NCBI GenBank assembly: GCA_963842945.1
Contig: CAWJIM010000001.1
Span: 32,001-96,000 of the forward strand
Direction: 5' to 3'
DNA length: 64,000 nucleotides
Origin: an uncultured Gemmatimonadales bacterium
GTDB taxonomy: Bacteria; Gemmatimonadota; Gemmatimonadetes; Gemmatimonadales; GWC2-71-9
In this document: piece by piece, positions 54,239 through 64,000 of the stretch
Layout: the number at the start of each line of letters is the position of its first letter
Position numbering within the stretch: the stretch's first letter is position 1
Notes under the pieces: generated by a model
Told to the model about the DNA's origin: nothing
What the model saw: the letters and a program-made list of their open reading frames with translations, nothing else
Database searches by the model: none
Position numbers and translations under genes: made by a program

Positions 54239-56381
54239 ACCTTGATGACTTTCCCTTCAGAGGGTACGCCATTTCGATTCAGAATAAACACCAGGTAATG
54301 CCCAGGCGGCGCGAGTTCATGCCGGTCGGGAGCGGTAACATCTACTCCAGTCGGAGTAGCTGCAAAGCTCAATGTATTCGCCCGCTGCCCGGCATCGAAC
54401 GCATGAGTGACCGCGCCCAGCTTGATCCACCGCACCGCGGTGATCTGCCGCGCGTTCGGGGTGACAACAGAGAACCGCTGCCCGTAGCCGACGGTCGAGG
54501 GCATGGAGCTGATGGTCGGTCGGGCCCCTTTGAAGAAGTACGGGGGTGAGAAGATCTCATGATTTCGCTCAGATGGAACCGGCACCAATCCCGCCATCGC
54601 ATCTCCGCTCGAGCCGTGGAGCACTGTTCCGTTCGGCAACAGCATCGATACCGAGTGGTAAACTCGCATGACGCTATTCGCAGCCAGTGTGGTCCACTGT
54701 CCAGTGCCGGGATTCCACAGCTCTGCTTCCCTCGCTGCAAGTCCCCGGTCGATGTTTACGAACCCGCCACCTCTGGTGCCGCCCGTAGCCAGCACCTGAC
54801 CATCGGGGAGAATGGTCGGATTCATGTGCCGCCGGGGAATGGCCATCGACCCAGTGAATTGCCATGTCGGGCTGGCTGAGTTGAGGTCGATGATTTCGGC
54901 GGTCGCTGTTGGCACATCCGTTTTCTTGTCCGGTGTGGGCCAGCTGAGATTGCCGCCGCCACCTACCACGAGAATTTTACCGGGTTCGTACATAACCGCT
55001 GAGCCGTAGTCCCGGTTAAAGCCAAACTTGTGAACGGGACCACTGGTCCAACTCCCGCGCCCCCCCGCTACTCCGATACCGTCAGGATCGAACCACCGAG
55101 ACTGGGTCCGCTCGCTGGCATTGAAGATCCTGCCGTCCTTTGGATCGACGAAATTGCGGGGATAGTAGGGTATCTCCAGGTCACCGGCTCCGGTAAGCTC
55201 TATCCAGCGTCCGCCTTCCCAAATCTCGGGAGTTGTGACTACGAGATTTGCCTGATCTCGTCCTGCCATGGTGACAAACCGTTGGCCGTCAGCCAACTCG
55301 GTGACGGTCGGATACCAACGGCCGTGCGCCATATCCGGCCCGTCGGTCACTGTTCCATCCTGGGTGAAGAACCTGGTCGTGGGAATTCCTCTATCATCTT
55401 TCAGATGACCACCGGATACGAGCAATGTGCCATCCGGCATCAGGGCATAGCCGGCGCAGAACAGCATCGTGTCGACTTCGATCATCCGGGCAGTCGTGGG
55501 TAGGCCGGCAGCCGGATTCCATATGCGGGGCATTCCCATGGTATCTGGAAGAACATCCGTCTTTCCCCACGCGATGATGTTCCCATTCGGAAACAGACTC
55601 ATGTGCAAGGGCACGATGTCCCAACTGACCAACTGGTCCCCAGCTCCCCGTAGTGGCCATCGAGGATAGTGGCGACACATCGACCGGCGACGAGCTGACG
55701 CTCACACTGCTGGCAGTAAACTGGAGGGTGTGGGATCCGGTGCCGCGAATGCCCAGGTCGCCAAACGCCGCAACGCCGTTGGCGTCAGTCGTTACCTGAG
55801 TATTCGCCCTCCAAGGTTCCGCCGGAGGTGGCGGTGGCGGTCACCTGTACGCCCGCCGCGGGGATGCCGGCTCCATCCCGGACCTGCACCACGGGCTGCA
55901 CCGCCGGGTCGAACACCTCGCCATCAAGCGCGGAAACCGGAGGATTGGTCGTGATCACAATGCTGCCCGGCGCGCCAGGCTCCACTGCGGTAGACGTGAA
56001 GGTGATGGGTGATCCATCCAGGCTTGCGGCCGTGGCGGAGGTGCCCTGCGGACCCAGCTCGGTGCCCAGGATTCGCTGGACCGACGCATGTCCGTCCGAG
56101 CCGGTCTGGGTCACGGAGCTGGAGACGCTTCCTCCGCCTTGGGCGGCCCAGGTCACCTGCACATCCGGAACCGGATTCCCGTTGTCATCGGTGACCAGAA
56201 CCACAAGTGGATTGGGGAGAGGCTGTCCCACGACGCCGTTCTGGCCGTTGCCCCCAGCCATCTCAATCCTTGTCGGAGTTGTCGGAGGGACACTGTCTCC
56301 CCCGCAGCGAAGCGAGGCGGCAGCTACCAGGGTAGCGACCGTCCACAAGCGGACCTTTCCGATTCGACTGATCATCACCAT
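54232..56381 (-). CDS. secreted Ig-like + kelch copper radical oxidase (galactose/glyoxal oxidase-like; frameshifts at 55650-55800)
   Basis: LFCAG, RWYPT, RVYHS, VTHA, APPGHYLVF; N-terminal signal with Cys and Big_1-like repeats. Confidence 0.8.
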
Positions 56382-56443
56382 GACGTTGGATCCACTCCAG
56401 GGGTCCGGACCGCAGGGAACAGACGCGTGAACTCGGGCCTACA

Positions 56444-56459
56444 TGCAGGTACCGGGCCC
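56444..56459 (-). promoter_or_regulatory. putative sigma54 -24/-12 promoter for the copper radical oxidase gene
   Basis: Minus strand GGGCCCGGTACCTGCA has GG-N10-GC, 3 mismatches to TGGCACG-N4-TTGCW. Confidence 0.4.
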
Positions 56460-56674
56460 GAACCCGGGCCCGATCCTCAGGTGTAAGTCCTCTATTTTCC
56501 GCCGCTTAGCCGACTGAGCTCGACCCGGCGTTGCGCCGACGCCACGGAAGGCTAACTGCGGCACGGCACTCAATGCCAGCCCAGAGCGGCGCAAGCACAG
56601 GTCCCGACGTTTGCCGGAGCCAAGGTAATGGCATCCCTGTGAAGAGGGGCTGAAGCGGAGATGAAGCCGATCAG

Positions 56675-56746
<72 letters not shown>

Positions 56747-56795
56747 GGATTTCCCGGAAATGTGAGGAGGAGGGTTAAGAGGGGTCAAGGAGCAG

Positions 56796-57726
56796 CTATT
56801 TAGACGCCGAGGCCTCCAGAAAACTCCGCAAGTCTGGCTCACTGATCGCGGGTTCCCCCGGTGAGACATTGTCCAGGCGGCCTTGCACGCATCCACTGCT
56901 CCAATTCTCCAACCAGATCGAAGAGGTGGTCGAAGGAGTCGACGATGAAGAGCAGTGGCTGGTAGTGATCGATTTCGAAGTATTGATTGATGACCCATTC
57001 CAGCTGCATGGGATAGCGCTGCACGTCGGGCGAATCGATGGCGTGCGCGATCTCCCCATAGGAGCTCAGCAGGCCGCTGCCATACACCCGGAGACCGCCC
57101 GGCCCCCGCATCAGCCCAAACTCGATGGTGAACCAGAAGAATCGGGCCAGGGCTTTGAAGATGCTGGTGACCCGGCGGATCTTTTCCTTCTCGTCCTTGA
57201 TTCCCGCCACGATTTCTGCAGCGGTATGAGCGCAATCGCCAAACCGCACCAGGGTGTCGGCAAACGCCCGGTCGGTGTGCATCGGCACGTGACCGGCGAT
57301 GTCGTGGAAGATGTCCGGCTCCGGCAGATAATCGAGCGTTGCTCCGTCCCGGATGGTGATCGTGGTGGGAAATTCCCGATTGCGTAAACTGTTGAAGAAC
57401 AGGAAGGATGGGATATAGCCGCTCACCGGCTTCGCCTTGAAGCCGGTGAGCGGGCTGAGAAATCGATTGACGTCCTCCAGCCGTGGCACCCGGGTTGGCT
57501 CCAGGCACAGGCTGTCGATACCCTGCAGGAACCGGGTGTTGGCGTAGCGACGCCACCGTTCTTCCATCCGAGCAAACAGGCGCCTCCAGGCGTCATGGTT
57601 GGCCTCGGAGTAGAGCTCGTAGGGCTGATGGATATAGAGCCGGCCTTCCTGCTGCGCCTGCTCGATAAACGGCGCCTTCGTCGTGGTCAGACCGACTCCC
57701 GCCTGCTGTTTTCCTACGGTGGTCAT
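56796..57726 (-). CDS. phhA: phenylalanine 4-monooxygenase (frameshift near 56885)
   Basis: YLPEPDIFHDIAGHVP, WFTIEFGL, YGSGLLSSYGE, YQP. Confidence 0.9.
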
Positions 57727-57738
57727 GCTCGGTCTCCC

Positions 57739-59175
57739 TTAGACCTTCTTGTACCGCCAAGCCATAATGCCCGCGCCCTTCGCGCTTACCTGGATCGGCT
57801 GGGATGCGCCCGGCTTGAGGGCCGGGATCTGAACCTCCTGATTGGCCACGACGGTGCCCTTCCCGTCCAGGAACTCGAAAATCAGGGTCATCGCTGCGGG
57901 TGTCACTGGCTTACCCTGCGGCGGTTTGGGCCTCGCGCCCCGTGGCGGTTCCGCTGATGGTGGCCCCTTCAGCCGTGGGTGCGAACTGGCTGACCGTCAC
58001 CGAAACCGGCATGGAGAGCACCCGAGTGGCCGTTTTGTTTGCCGCGGCCTCCTTCTTGGCCATGCGCTGGCCGTTGGCCAGCATCCGCACGATCTCGTCA
58101 TTGTACGGCTCGATCTCGGCCAGGCGACCGGCAGCTTCCGCCAGCTTGGGCCCATTCTTGAGGCCGATGTAGCTGTTGGCGAGGCCGTATAGCGCATCTC
58201 GGTTATACGGCTCCTTCGCCACGATTTGTTCGAACGCGGCCGCCGCCTGGTCGTATTTCTTCTCATTGTACAGCGCAATCGCGGCATTCATGGCACCCAC
58301 GCTGGCAGCAACGGCGGACGGAGCGCCGGCGCCTGGTGCGGCGGCCACACCGACTTCTTTTTCCAGGGCCGCCGCTTTGTCGTTCTGACCCGCGGCCTGA
58401 TACGACGTAGCCAGGGCTCGCTTCACCTCTGCGTCCTGAGGCACCCAGCCCAGGTACTTCTCCAGGGCCTTGATCGCGTCCTCGTGGCGACCGGCTTTCT
58501 GATACATCGCGCCAAGATTTCGAGTCGCCAGGTTCCGGTCTTCGACCGCATTGGTGCGCTCGCCGATCTCCGATGCCTTCTCCCAGTAGGCGATGGCGCT
58601 GTCGGTCTGTCCCGTATTGGCAAAGATGACTCCGGCATTCAAGTAGGCTGATGGTTTGTCGCGGTAGATCGTGTTGGCCTGCCGGAAGAGGGCCAAGCGC
58701 AGAGTCGTTATTCTGCTTTTTGACGAATTCAATTCCGCCATTGACCAGCGGAACCCAGCCGGTGTACCGGGTCTTGCTGATATCCGCCTTGCAGTCCGGC
58801 TTCATGGTCTCGGCCTTGGTGAGTGAGCTGTCCGCCCCGACCAGGTCGCCCTGCTGCAGGTAGGTCCGGCCCAGGTAATACCAGGCAGCTGGATTCTTCT
58901 CCTGGCCGTTCTTTTCAATCGCTTCGAGCAGAACCTTCTTACCCGAGCTCAGCGCGCGATTCTTGTTCTCAGGAAGTTCTGTTTCGATGCCGGTTTTGAG
59001 ATAGGTAGCACCGCTGCTGACCTTGAAGTGCCCCGGCTTGATTCCGCACTCTGGGGGCGACATAGCGGGACGGCAGCGACTTGACGACTCGATCGTTGAC
59101 GGCGGTCTGTTGGGCAGCCGCGGGAACGGCGCCGGCCCCAATGAGCAGGCTGACTATGACGATGTTGGTTTTCAC
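57739..59175 (-). CDS. secreted TPR-repeat protein with C-terminal beta domain (frameshifts)
   Basis: Signal peptide (PAAAQ), TPR motifs AWYYLGRTY and NLGAMYQKAG; pieces join across frames. Confidence 0.7.
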
Positions 59176-59178
59176 TCG

Positions 59179-60467
59179 CTACGACTCCTTGTTCGAGAAC
59201 AGAGACCGGAGCGCCCGGTCGTGCAAGTCCCTTGCCACTTCATGGGCCGGCTGCCCAGTGCGACGCGCAACTGCTGCTACATCATCGTATTCCGGCTTCA
59301 CTCTCGGGCCATCGGGCCCCTCCAGCACCTTGACTCTCACGGCAGTTCCGTCCGCTGAGGTCACCTCGACTTCCCGCCGAGCCAGAGTGACACGCTCTGC
59401 AATTTGGCGACGAATTCCGGAGGTGGTACTGTGGCGGAACAGCGCCGCCGTGACTCGGTCAGCCTCCGGGGGAGCGGTTACTTCCACCCGGAATCCAGTG
59501 CGTCCCTTCTTCATCTGAGTGGCCCAGACCTGGACATCGAGCGCGCCTGCATCGAAGAGCGCCTCACGCATGGGCTCCAGATATTCGGGACTCAAATCAT
59601 CCATGTCGGTGGATAGCAGGACGACTTCTCCAGCCTCCGCGGCACCCGACGGCGGTGATCAGACGGAGTGCATTGGGATAGGCCGACGGATTACGTCCTC
59701 CCGCTCCCCACGCTCCAGCATCCAGCGGCCGCCAGCGCGCCGGAGGTGCTCCGGACGAGAGTACCCGGAGAAGGGCGGCTCCAGTTGGCGTGGTGGCTTC
59801 GCCTACGACGGGACCCACCGCCGTGACATCCAGCCCCTCCAGCAAAATGGCGGTGGCCGGCGCTGGAACTGGAATTATTCCGTGAGCCGCTCGAACCCAG
59901 CCGCTGCCCGAGCGCGACGGGCCGGTGATAAATCCGCGTGATTCCCAGCTGCTCGAATCCCTCGATACCGCCGACGATATCGACCACGCATCCACCGCTC
60001 CCACTTCGTGCAGCGGCACCTCATCCGCCGGAACGCCATGAACCCGCCCCTCCGCCTGGCCCAGCAGCGTGAACGCCTTAACCGCACGCTCGAGCACCCA
60101 GGGTGAGAGTTGGGCCTGCTGAACCAGGGCTATGAGCTCACCGATCCGCCGGTGGCTGATGATCATGGTGACCCTGATGCTCAACATGGTTACCCGGATG
60201 GCCGTGTGAATGATCATGATTGTGATCTTCGATCACCGGCGACGGGCGCTCCCGGCGTCCGCCCGGCAGCACCACATCCACCTTCGTGGCGGTTACACCG
60301 CACCGATCCACCCGCGCGATCTCGATCCGGACCTCAGGGAAACCCAGCCGCGCTGGCACTCCGCGCAGCCAGTCGGGTGAAGCTCCGGCCGCGATCAGGG
60401 CCCCGAGGACCATGTCTCCGCTGATCCCCGCGGCCGGGTCGAGAATCGCAAACCGTGCGTCAGGCAT
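59179..60467 (-). CDS. larC: nickel-pincer cofactor biosynthesis protein LarC (frameshifts)
   Basis: AGISGDMVLGAL, His-rich linker, LHEVGAVD, PVPAPAT, TPTGAA, MKKGR, KPEYDD. Confidence 0.9.
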
Positions 60468-60544
60468 AGACTTACAATATGCCTGCACGGCAAACCGCAA
60501 GCAAACCTGGAGTGAAGGAGGCAGCCGGCGGCTTGGTGGGGGAG

Positions 60545-62374
60545 TTAGCGCTGAGGGTTTGCGGTTCTCAGATGATCCAGAATCCGCTCCGCCTGCCGCT
60601 GGGAGAACCCAGGCACCGAGGCCAGTTCGGCCACCGAGGCTGATCTCACACCGGCGAGGCTTCCAAAGCGTTCCAGCAGGCGCCGCCGTTTGGTCGGCCC
60701 TACTCCTGGAATGCTGAGCAGCTCCGAAGTGATCGTCCTCTGGGTTCGGCGCTTTCGATTGTAAGCCAGTCCGAAGCGATGGGCCTCGTCTCTCGCGCGC
60801 TGGAGCAGGCGCAACGATGGGCTCCGCCGAGGTAACCGGAGGCTCTCAGTGCGGGCGGGGAGAAAAACTTCTTCCTCTCGCTTGGCCAGGCTGATGATGG
60901 GCAGCTCGGGAAAACCGAGCTGCTCTACTACTGTGACGGCGGCACTGAGCTGGCCCTTGCCCCCGTCGATCACGATCAGGTCTGGGAGCGGCAGCTGCTC
61001 TTCTTTGCGGCGGGTGAAATACCGGGTCAGGACCTCCTGAATTGCGGCGTAGTCGTCCTGTTGGCCGGCACCCCGGATCTTGAACTTGCGATATTCGCTC
61101 TTCCGGGGCCGACCCGCCTCGAACCACACCAGAGAACCCACCGTGTCCCGGCCCTGATTGTGAGAGATGTCGACGCAGATGAAGCTCCGCGGCACGACGT
61201 TTAGCCCCAGGTCCCGGCCCAGCGCGTACACCGGGTCCTCGGCCCGCTCCTCCGTCTCGAAGGATTCGATCCGCAGGCTTTCCAGGAGATGCATGGCGTT
61301 CTGGTCGGCCAGGGAGAGCCATCGTTGGGCCGTGCCCCGCTGAGGAATGGACCAGTCGGTATTGGGCAACAGCTCGCGCAGGGTATCCCATTCGTCCGGC
61401 GCGAAAGGCACCACCAGGCGGCGGACCCGATCTTCAGCCGGCACGTAATAGCGGACCAGAAACGCACTCAGAACCGCGCTGTCCTGTTCCTCCTCCACGT
61501 TCTCCAGAAAGCGGTGCTCCCGCCCCACAACCCTGCCCCCTCGAACCCGGATCAGCACGCCCACAGCGTCATCGCCGTCCCGGGCATATCCAACGACATC
61601 CGCGTCTCCCGTCCCCATCACTTCGACGCTGAGCGGCTCCTCCAGCCGGTCGAGCCAACGGAGCGCGTCGCGCAGCTCTCTCGCCCGTTCGAAGTCCTCC
61701 CGGTCGCTGGCGTCGAGCATGGCTTCACGGACCCGCGCGCGTACGTCCTGGGTCCGTCCTTCAAGGAAGTTCACCACATCTTCCACCATGCGCTGGTATT
61801 CCGGAAAATCGTGCCAGCCCATGCAAGGAGCGCGGCACCGCCCGATGTAGTAGTCGAGGCACGGGCGCTCGCGGCGTTCTTCGGGCAGCTTGTCCTGGCA
61901 GCTCCGTACAGTGTAGAGCCGGCGAATGATCGCCAGCGTACGCCGAAGCTGTGCCACATCGGTATAGGGGCCGAAATAGCGAGCGCCAGGAATATCGCGT
62001 CGCCGGGTGACCAGCACTCGCGGGAAGGGCTCCCCGAGAGTCACGGCTATCGAAGGGTAACTCTTGTCGTCCTTGAGTCTGACGTTGAATCGAGGCCGGT
62101 ACTCCTTGATCAGGTTGTTTTCCAGAATCAGTGAGCCAGGCTCGTTCGGCACCACAAAGGTTTCGACGTCGGCGATCAGACGCTGGAGCAGCCGATTGCG
62201 CGCGCTGTCTGGAAAGTCGGTGGCGAAGTAGCTCCGCACCCGGCTTCGGAGCCGCTTTGCCTTCCCGACATAGAGCACCTCACCGTCCTGCCCTTTCCAG
62301 AGGTAAACCCCCGGGCCCTCAGGAAGGGTGTCGAGCTTTCTCTGGAGCGCTTCGGGTAGGGCGGGAGTGGTCAC
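60545..62374 (-). CDS. uvrC: excinuclease ABC subunit C
   Basis: PGVY..YVGKAK, DDKSYP, DISH, DGGKGQL, RDEAHRF, HhH. Confidence 0.97.
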   Translation of the reverse strand: MTTPALPEALQRKLDTLPEGPGVYLWKGQDGEVLYVGKAKRLRSRVRSYFATDFPDSARNRLLQRLIADVETFVVPNEPGSLILENNLIKEYRPRFNVRLKDDKSYPSIAVTLGEPFPRVLVTRRRDIPGARYFGPYTDVAQLRRTLAIIRRLYTVRSCQDKLPEERRERPCLDYYIGRCRAPCMGWHDFPEYQRMVEDVVNFLEGRTQDVRARVREAMLDASDREDFERARELRDALRWLDRLEEPLSVEVMGTGDADVVGYARDGDDAVGVLIRVRGGRVVGREHRFLENVEEEQDSAVLSAFLVRYYVPAEDRVRRLVVPFAPDEWDTLRELLPNTDWSIPQRGTAQRWLSLADQNAMHLLESLRIESFETEERAEDPVYALGRDLGLNVVPRSFICVDISHNQGRDTVGSLVWFEAGRPRKSEYRKFKIRGAGQQDDYAAIQEVLTRYFTRRKEEQLPLPDLIVIDGGKGQLSAAVTVVEQLGFPELPIISLAKREEEVFLPARTESLRLPRRSPSLRLLQRARDEAHRFGLAYNRKRRTQRTITSELLSIPGVGPTKRRRLLERFGSLAGVRSASVAELASVPGFSQRQAERILDHLRTANPQR

Positions 62375-62416
62375 GTCGTGCTTGCTCGGAATCAGGGATC
62401 TGCATGGAGCCGGCTC

Positions 62417-63955
62417 TCACCGGGAGAACCATGGTACGCGGGCCAGGATGCGGCGTGACTCCGGAATCCCCAGCTCTGCGGTGATGGCGAAGTACGCAAC
62501 TCCATAGATACCAAGGGAAAATAACGCCACGACCAGGGGATGCTGACCCTGTAGTCCCAGCTTTATCGCGCCCCCGGCGATAGCGGCTGCACCTGCCGCG
62601 CCCCACAGCCTCAGCATCAGCCGACCCGAAATTCCGGTCCTGCCGATCCGGCGATTGAGTGCCGCGCGAAGGAGGATGAACTCCACCCAGCCGGCAATCC
62701 CGGCCGAAATGGTGAGACCCGCTGCCCCCCACTTCGGGTCCAGACCCAAACGGGTCGGAAGTGGAATGGCGAACAGATACCCCAGCACGACCGTAAGAAT
62801 CACGCGGATGATGCCGAACCGGAGAGGGGTCCTGGTGTCCTGAAGGGCGTAAAAGGTGGACGCGTAGAGCCGGCCCAGGGTGGACGCGAGCAGCCCGACC
62901 GCCGATCCGGCCAGAATGCCCCAGACATACACGGTCATGCTCCGGGTAAACTGACCGGATTGATACAGCGCACCTGTGATCACGTCTCCCAGGATCAGGA
63001 ACGCTACCGCCGATGGCACCACGAAGAACGCGATCTGTCTGAGTCCGCGCTCCAGCCGGGTCCGAAGCTGGGCGGAAAGCTCACTGCCTTCTCCAGTTTC
63101 GCGAGCCATGGCCGGCAGCTCGGCCGCCGAGACCGACATGCCGAAGAGGCTCACCGGAAGGGTGTAGAGCACCTGCGCATAGGAGAGGGCCGCCACCGCG
63201 CCAGTGGGAAGCAGGCTTGCCAGCACGGTGTCGACGTAGGCACTGATCTGTACCACGCCGCGGCCTATGAACACTGGAACGAAATTCCGGATGACCGTAC
63301 GAACCGCAGCGGACTGTCGCTGCAATGTCAGCGTTAGGCCGCCGAGGACCCGAAGGACCGGCGGCAACTGAACGCCGAATTGAAGGGCACTGCCCAGCAC
63401 TGATCCCCAGGCGGTGTACTCCGCCAGCTCATAGCCGTGCACCGAGCGGCCGAATGCGATCAACGTGACGATGATCGCGATGTTCCACAGCACCGGCGCG
63501 GTGTAGGAGAGAAAAAAACGGCGATGGCTGTTCAGTACCCCGAGACACCAGGCCGACAGGACCAGCAGACCGGCTCCTGGAAAGAGGATTCGGACCAGCC
63601 GAATGGTGATCTCTCGCTTCTGACCGGAGAATCCCGGGGCGATCAGCGCGATGAGGGCGGGCGTAGCCAAGACGCCCAGCAGCACTAAAACCGCCGAGGC
63701 CAGGGCGAGCAGGGTGAACACCGCACCCGCCAGGCGGCGGGCTTCCTCTTCCTCTTCGCGGCCGAGCAGCCGGGCGTAGACTGGAATGAACGAGGCGGAG
63801 AGAACCCCTTCTCCGAACAGGTTCTGCAAAAAGTTGGGAATCCTGAACGCCGCGTTGAAGGCATCTGCGGCGTCGGAGGTGCCGAAGAAGTGGGCGAAGA
63901 CCCGGTTGCGAACCAGGCCCAGGATGCGGCTCAGCAGGATTCCAGCGGCCACCAT
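62417..63955 (-). CDS. murJ: lipid II flippase MurJ (start may lie beyond the window)
   Basis: SRILGLVR, AFRIPNFLQNLFGEGVLSASFIP, FYALQDTRTP. Confidence 0.95.
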   Translation of the reverse strand: MVAAGILLSRILGLVRNRVFAHFFGTSDAADAFNAAFRIPNFLQNLFGEGVLSASFIPVYARLLGREEEEEARRLAGAVFTLLALASAVLVLLGVLATPALIALIAPGFSGQKREITIRLVRILFPGAGLLVLSAWCLGVLNSHRRFFLSYTAPVLWNIAIIVTLIAFGRSVHGYELAEYTAWGSVLGSALQFGVQLPPVLRVLGGLTLTLQRQSAAVRTVIRNFVPVFIGRGVVQISAYVDTVLASLLPTGAVAALSYAQVLYTLPVSLFGMSVSAAELPAMARETGEGSELSAQLRTRLERGLRQIAFFVVPSAVAFLILGDVITGALYQSGQFTRSMTVYVWGILAGSAVGLLASTLGRLYASTFYALQDTRTPLRFGIIRVILTVVLGYLFAIPLPTRLGLDPKWGAAGLTISAGIAGWVEFILLRAALNRRIGRTGISGRLMLRLWGAAGAAAIAGGAIKLGLQGQHPLVVALFSLGIYGVAYFAITAELGIPESRRILARVPWFSR

Positions 63956-64000
63956 GGCCGCAGGACGAACCCGCTTGGCGGTCAGGGCCGTGGCTGGGGA

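Noticed and set aside
60150..60235. His-rich repeat as a novel element
   Set aside because: His-rich linkers are a known feature of LarC proteins.

Overview
GC-rich bacterial chromosomal segment. Gene content and order suggest Gemmatimonadota (inference, no search run). It is mostly core housekeeping. The + strand (1-44.4 kb) carries nuoN, PMM/PGM, UPF0182, arcC-sucCD-ndk, rpmF-plsX-fab, futalosine-pathway mqnE/A/C, ispF, a DedA-TerB fusion and xerD, then kdsB-pyrG-kdsA/C/D-lptC/A/B-rpoN running into a ten-gene envelope glycosylation block and dapF. A short - strand ABC pair interrupts this run. Gene orientation flips at about 44.5 kb, exactly where a 28-bp dif-like Xer site sits, so the window probably spans the replication terminus. 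The - strand carries tRNA-Arg, apt, surE-pcm, der-plsY-gpsA, a copper radical oxidase, tRNA-Gly, phhA, larC, uvrC and murJ. About 17 genes, including essential ones, are frameshifted, most likely from read or assembly indel errors. The most unusual signal is a set of four palindromic elements whose arms are built from about four tandem 7-9-nt units. They overlap or sit in-frame in coding sequence (PMM C-terminus, LptC signal region, LptA start, an insertion in RpoN). LptB also carries an extra N-terminal domain of about 135 aa that may be winged-helix-like. No CRISPR, rRNA, prophage or transposase was seen.
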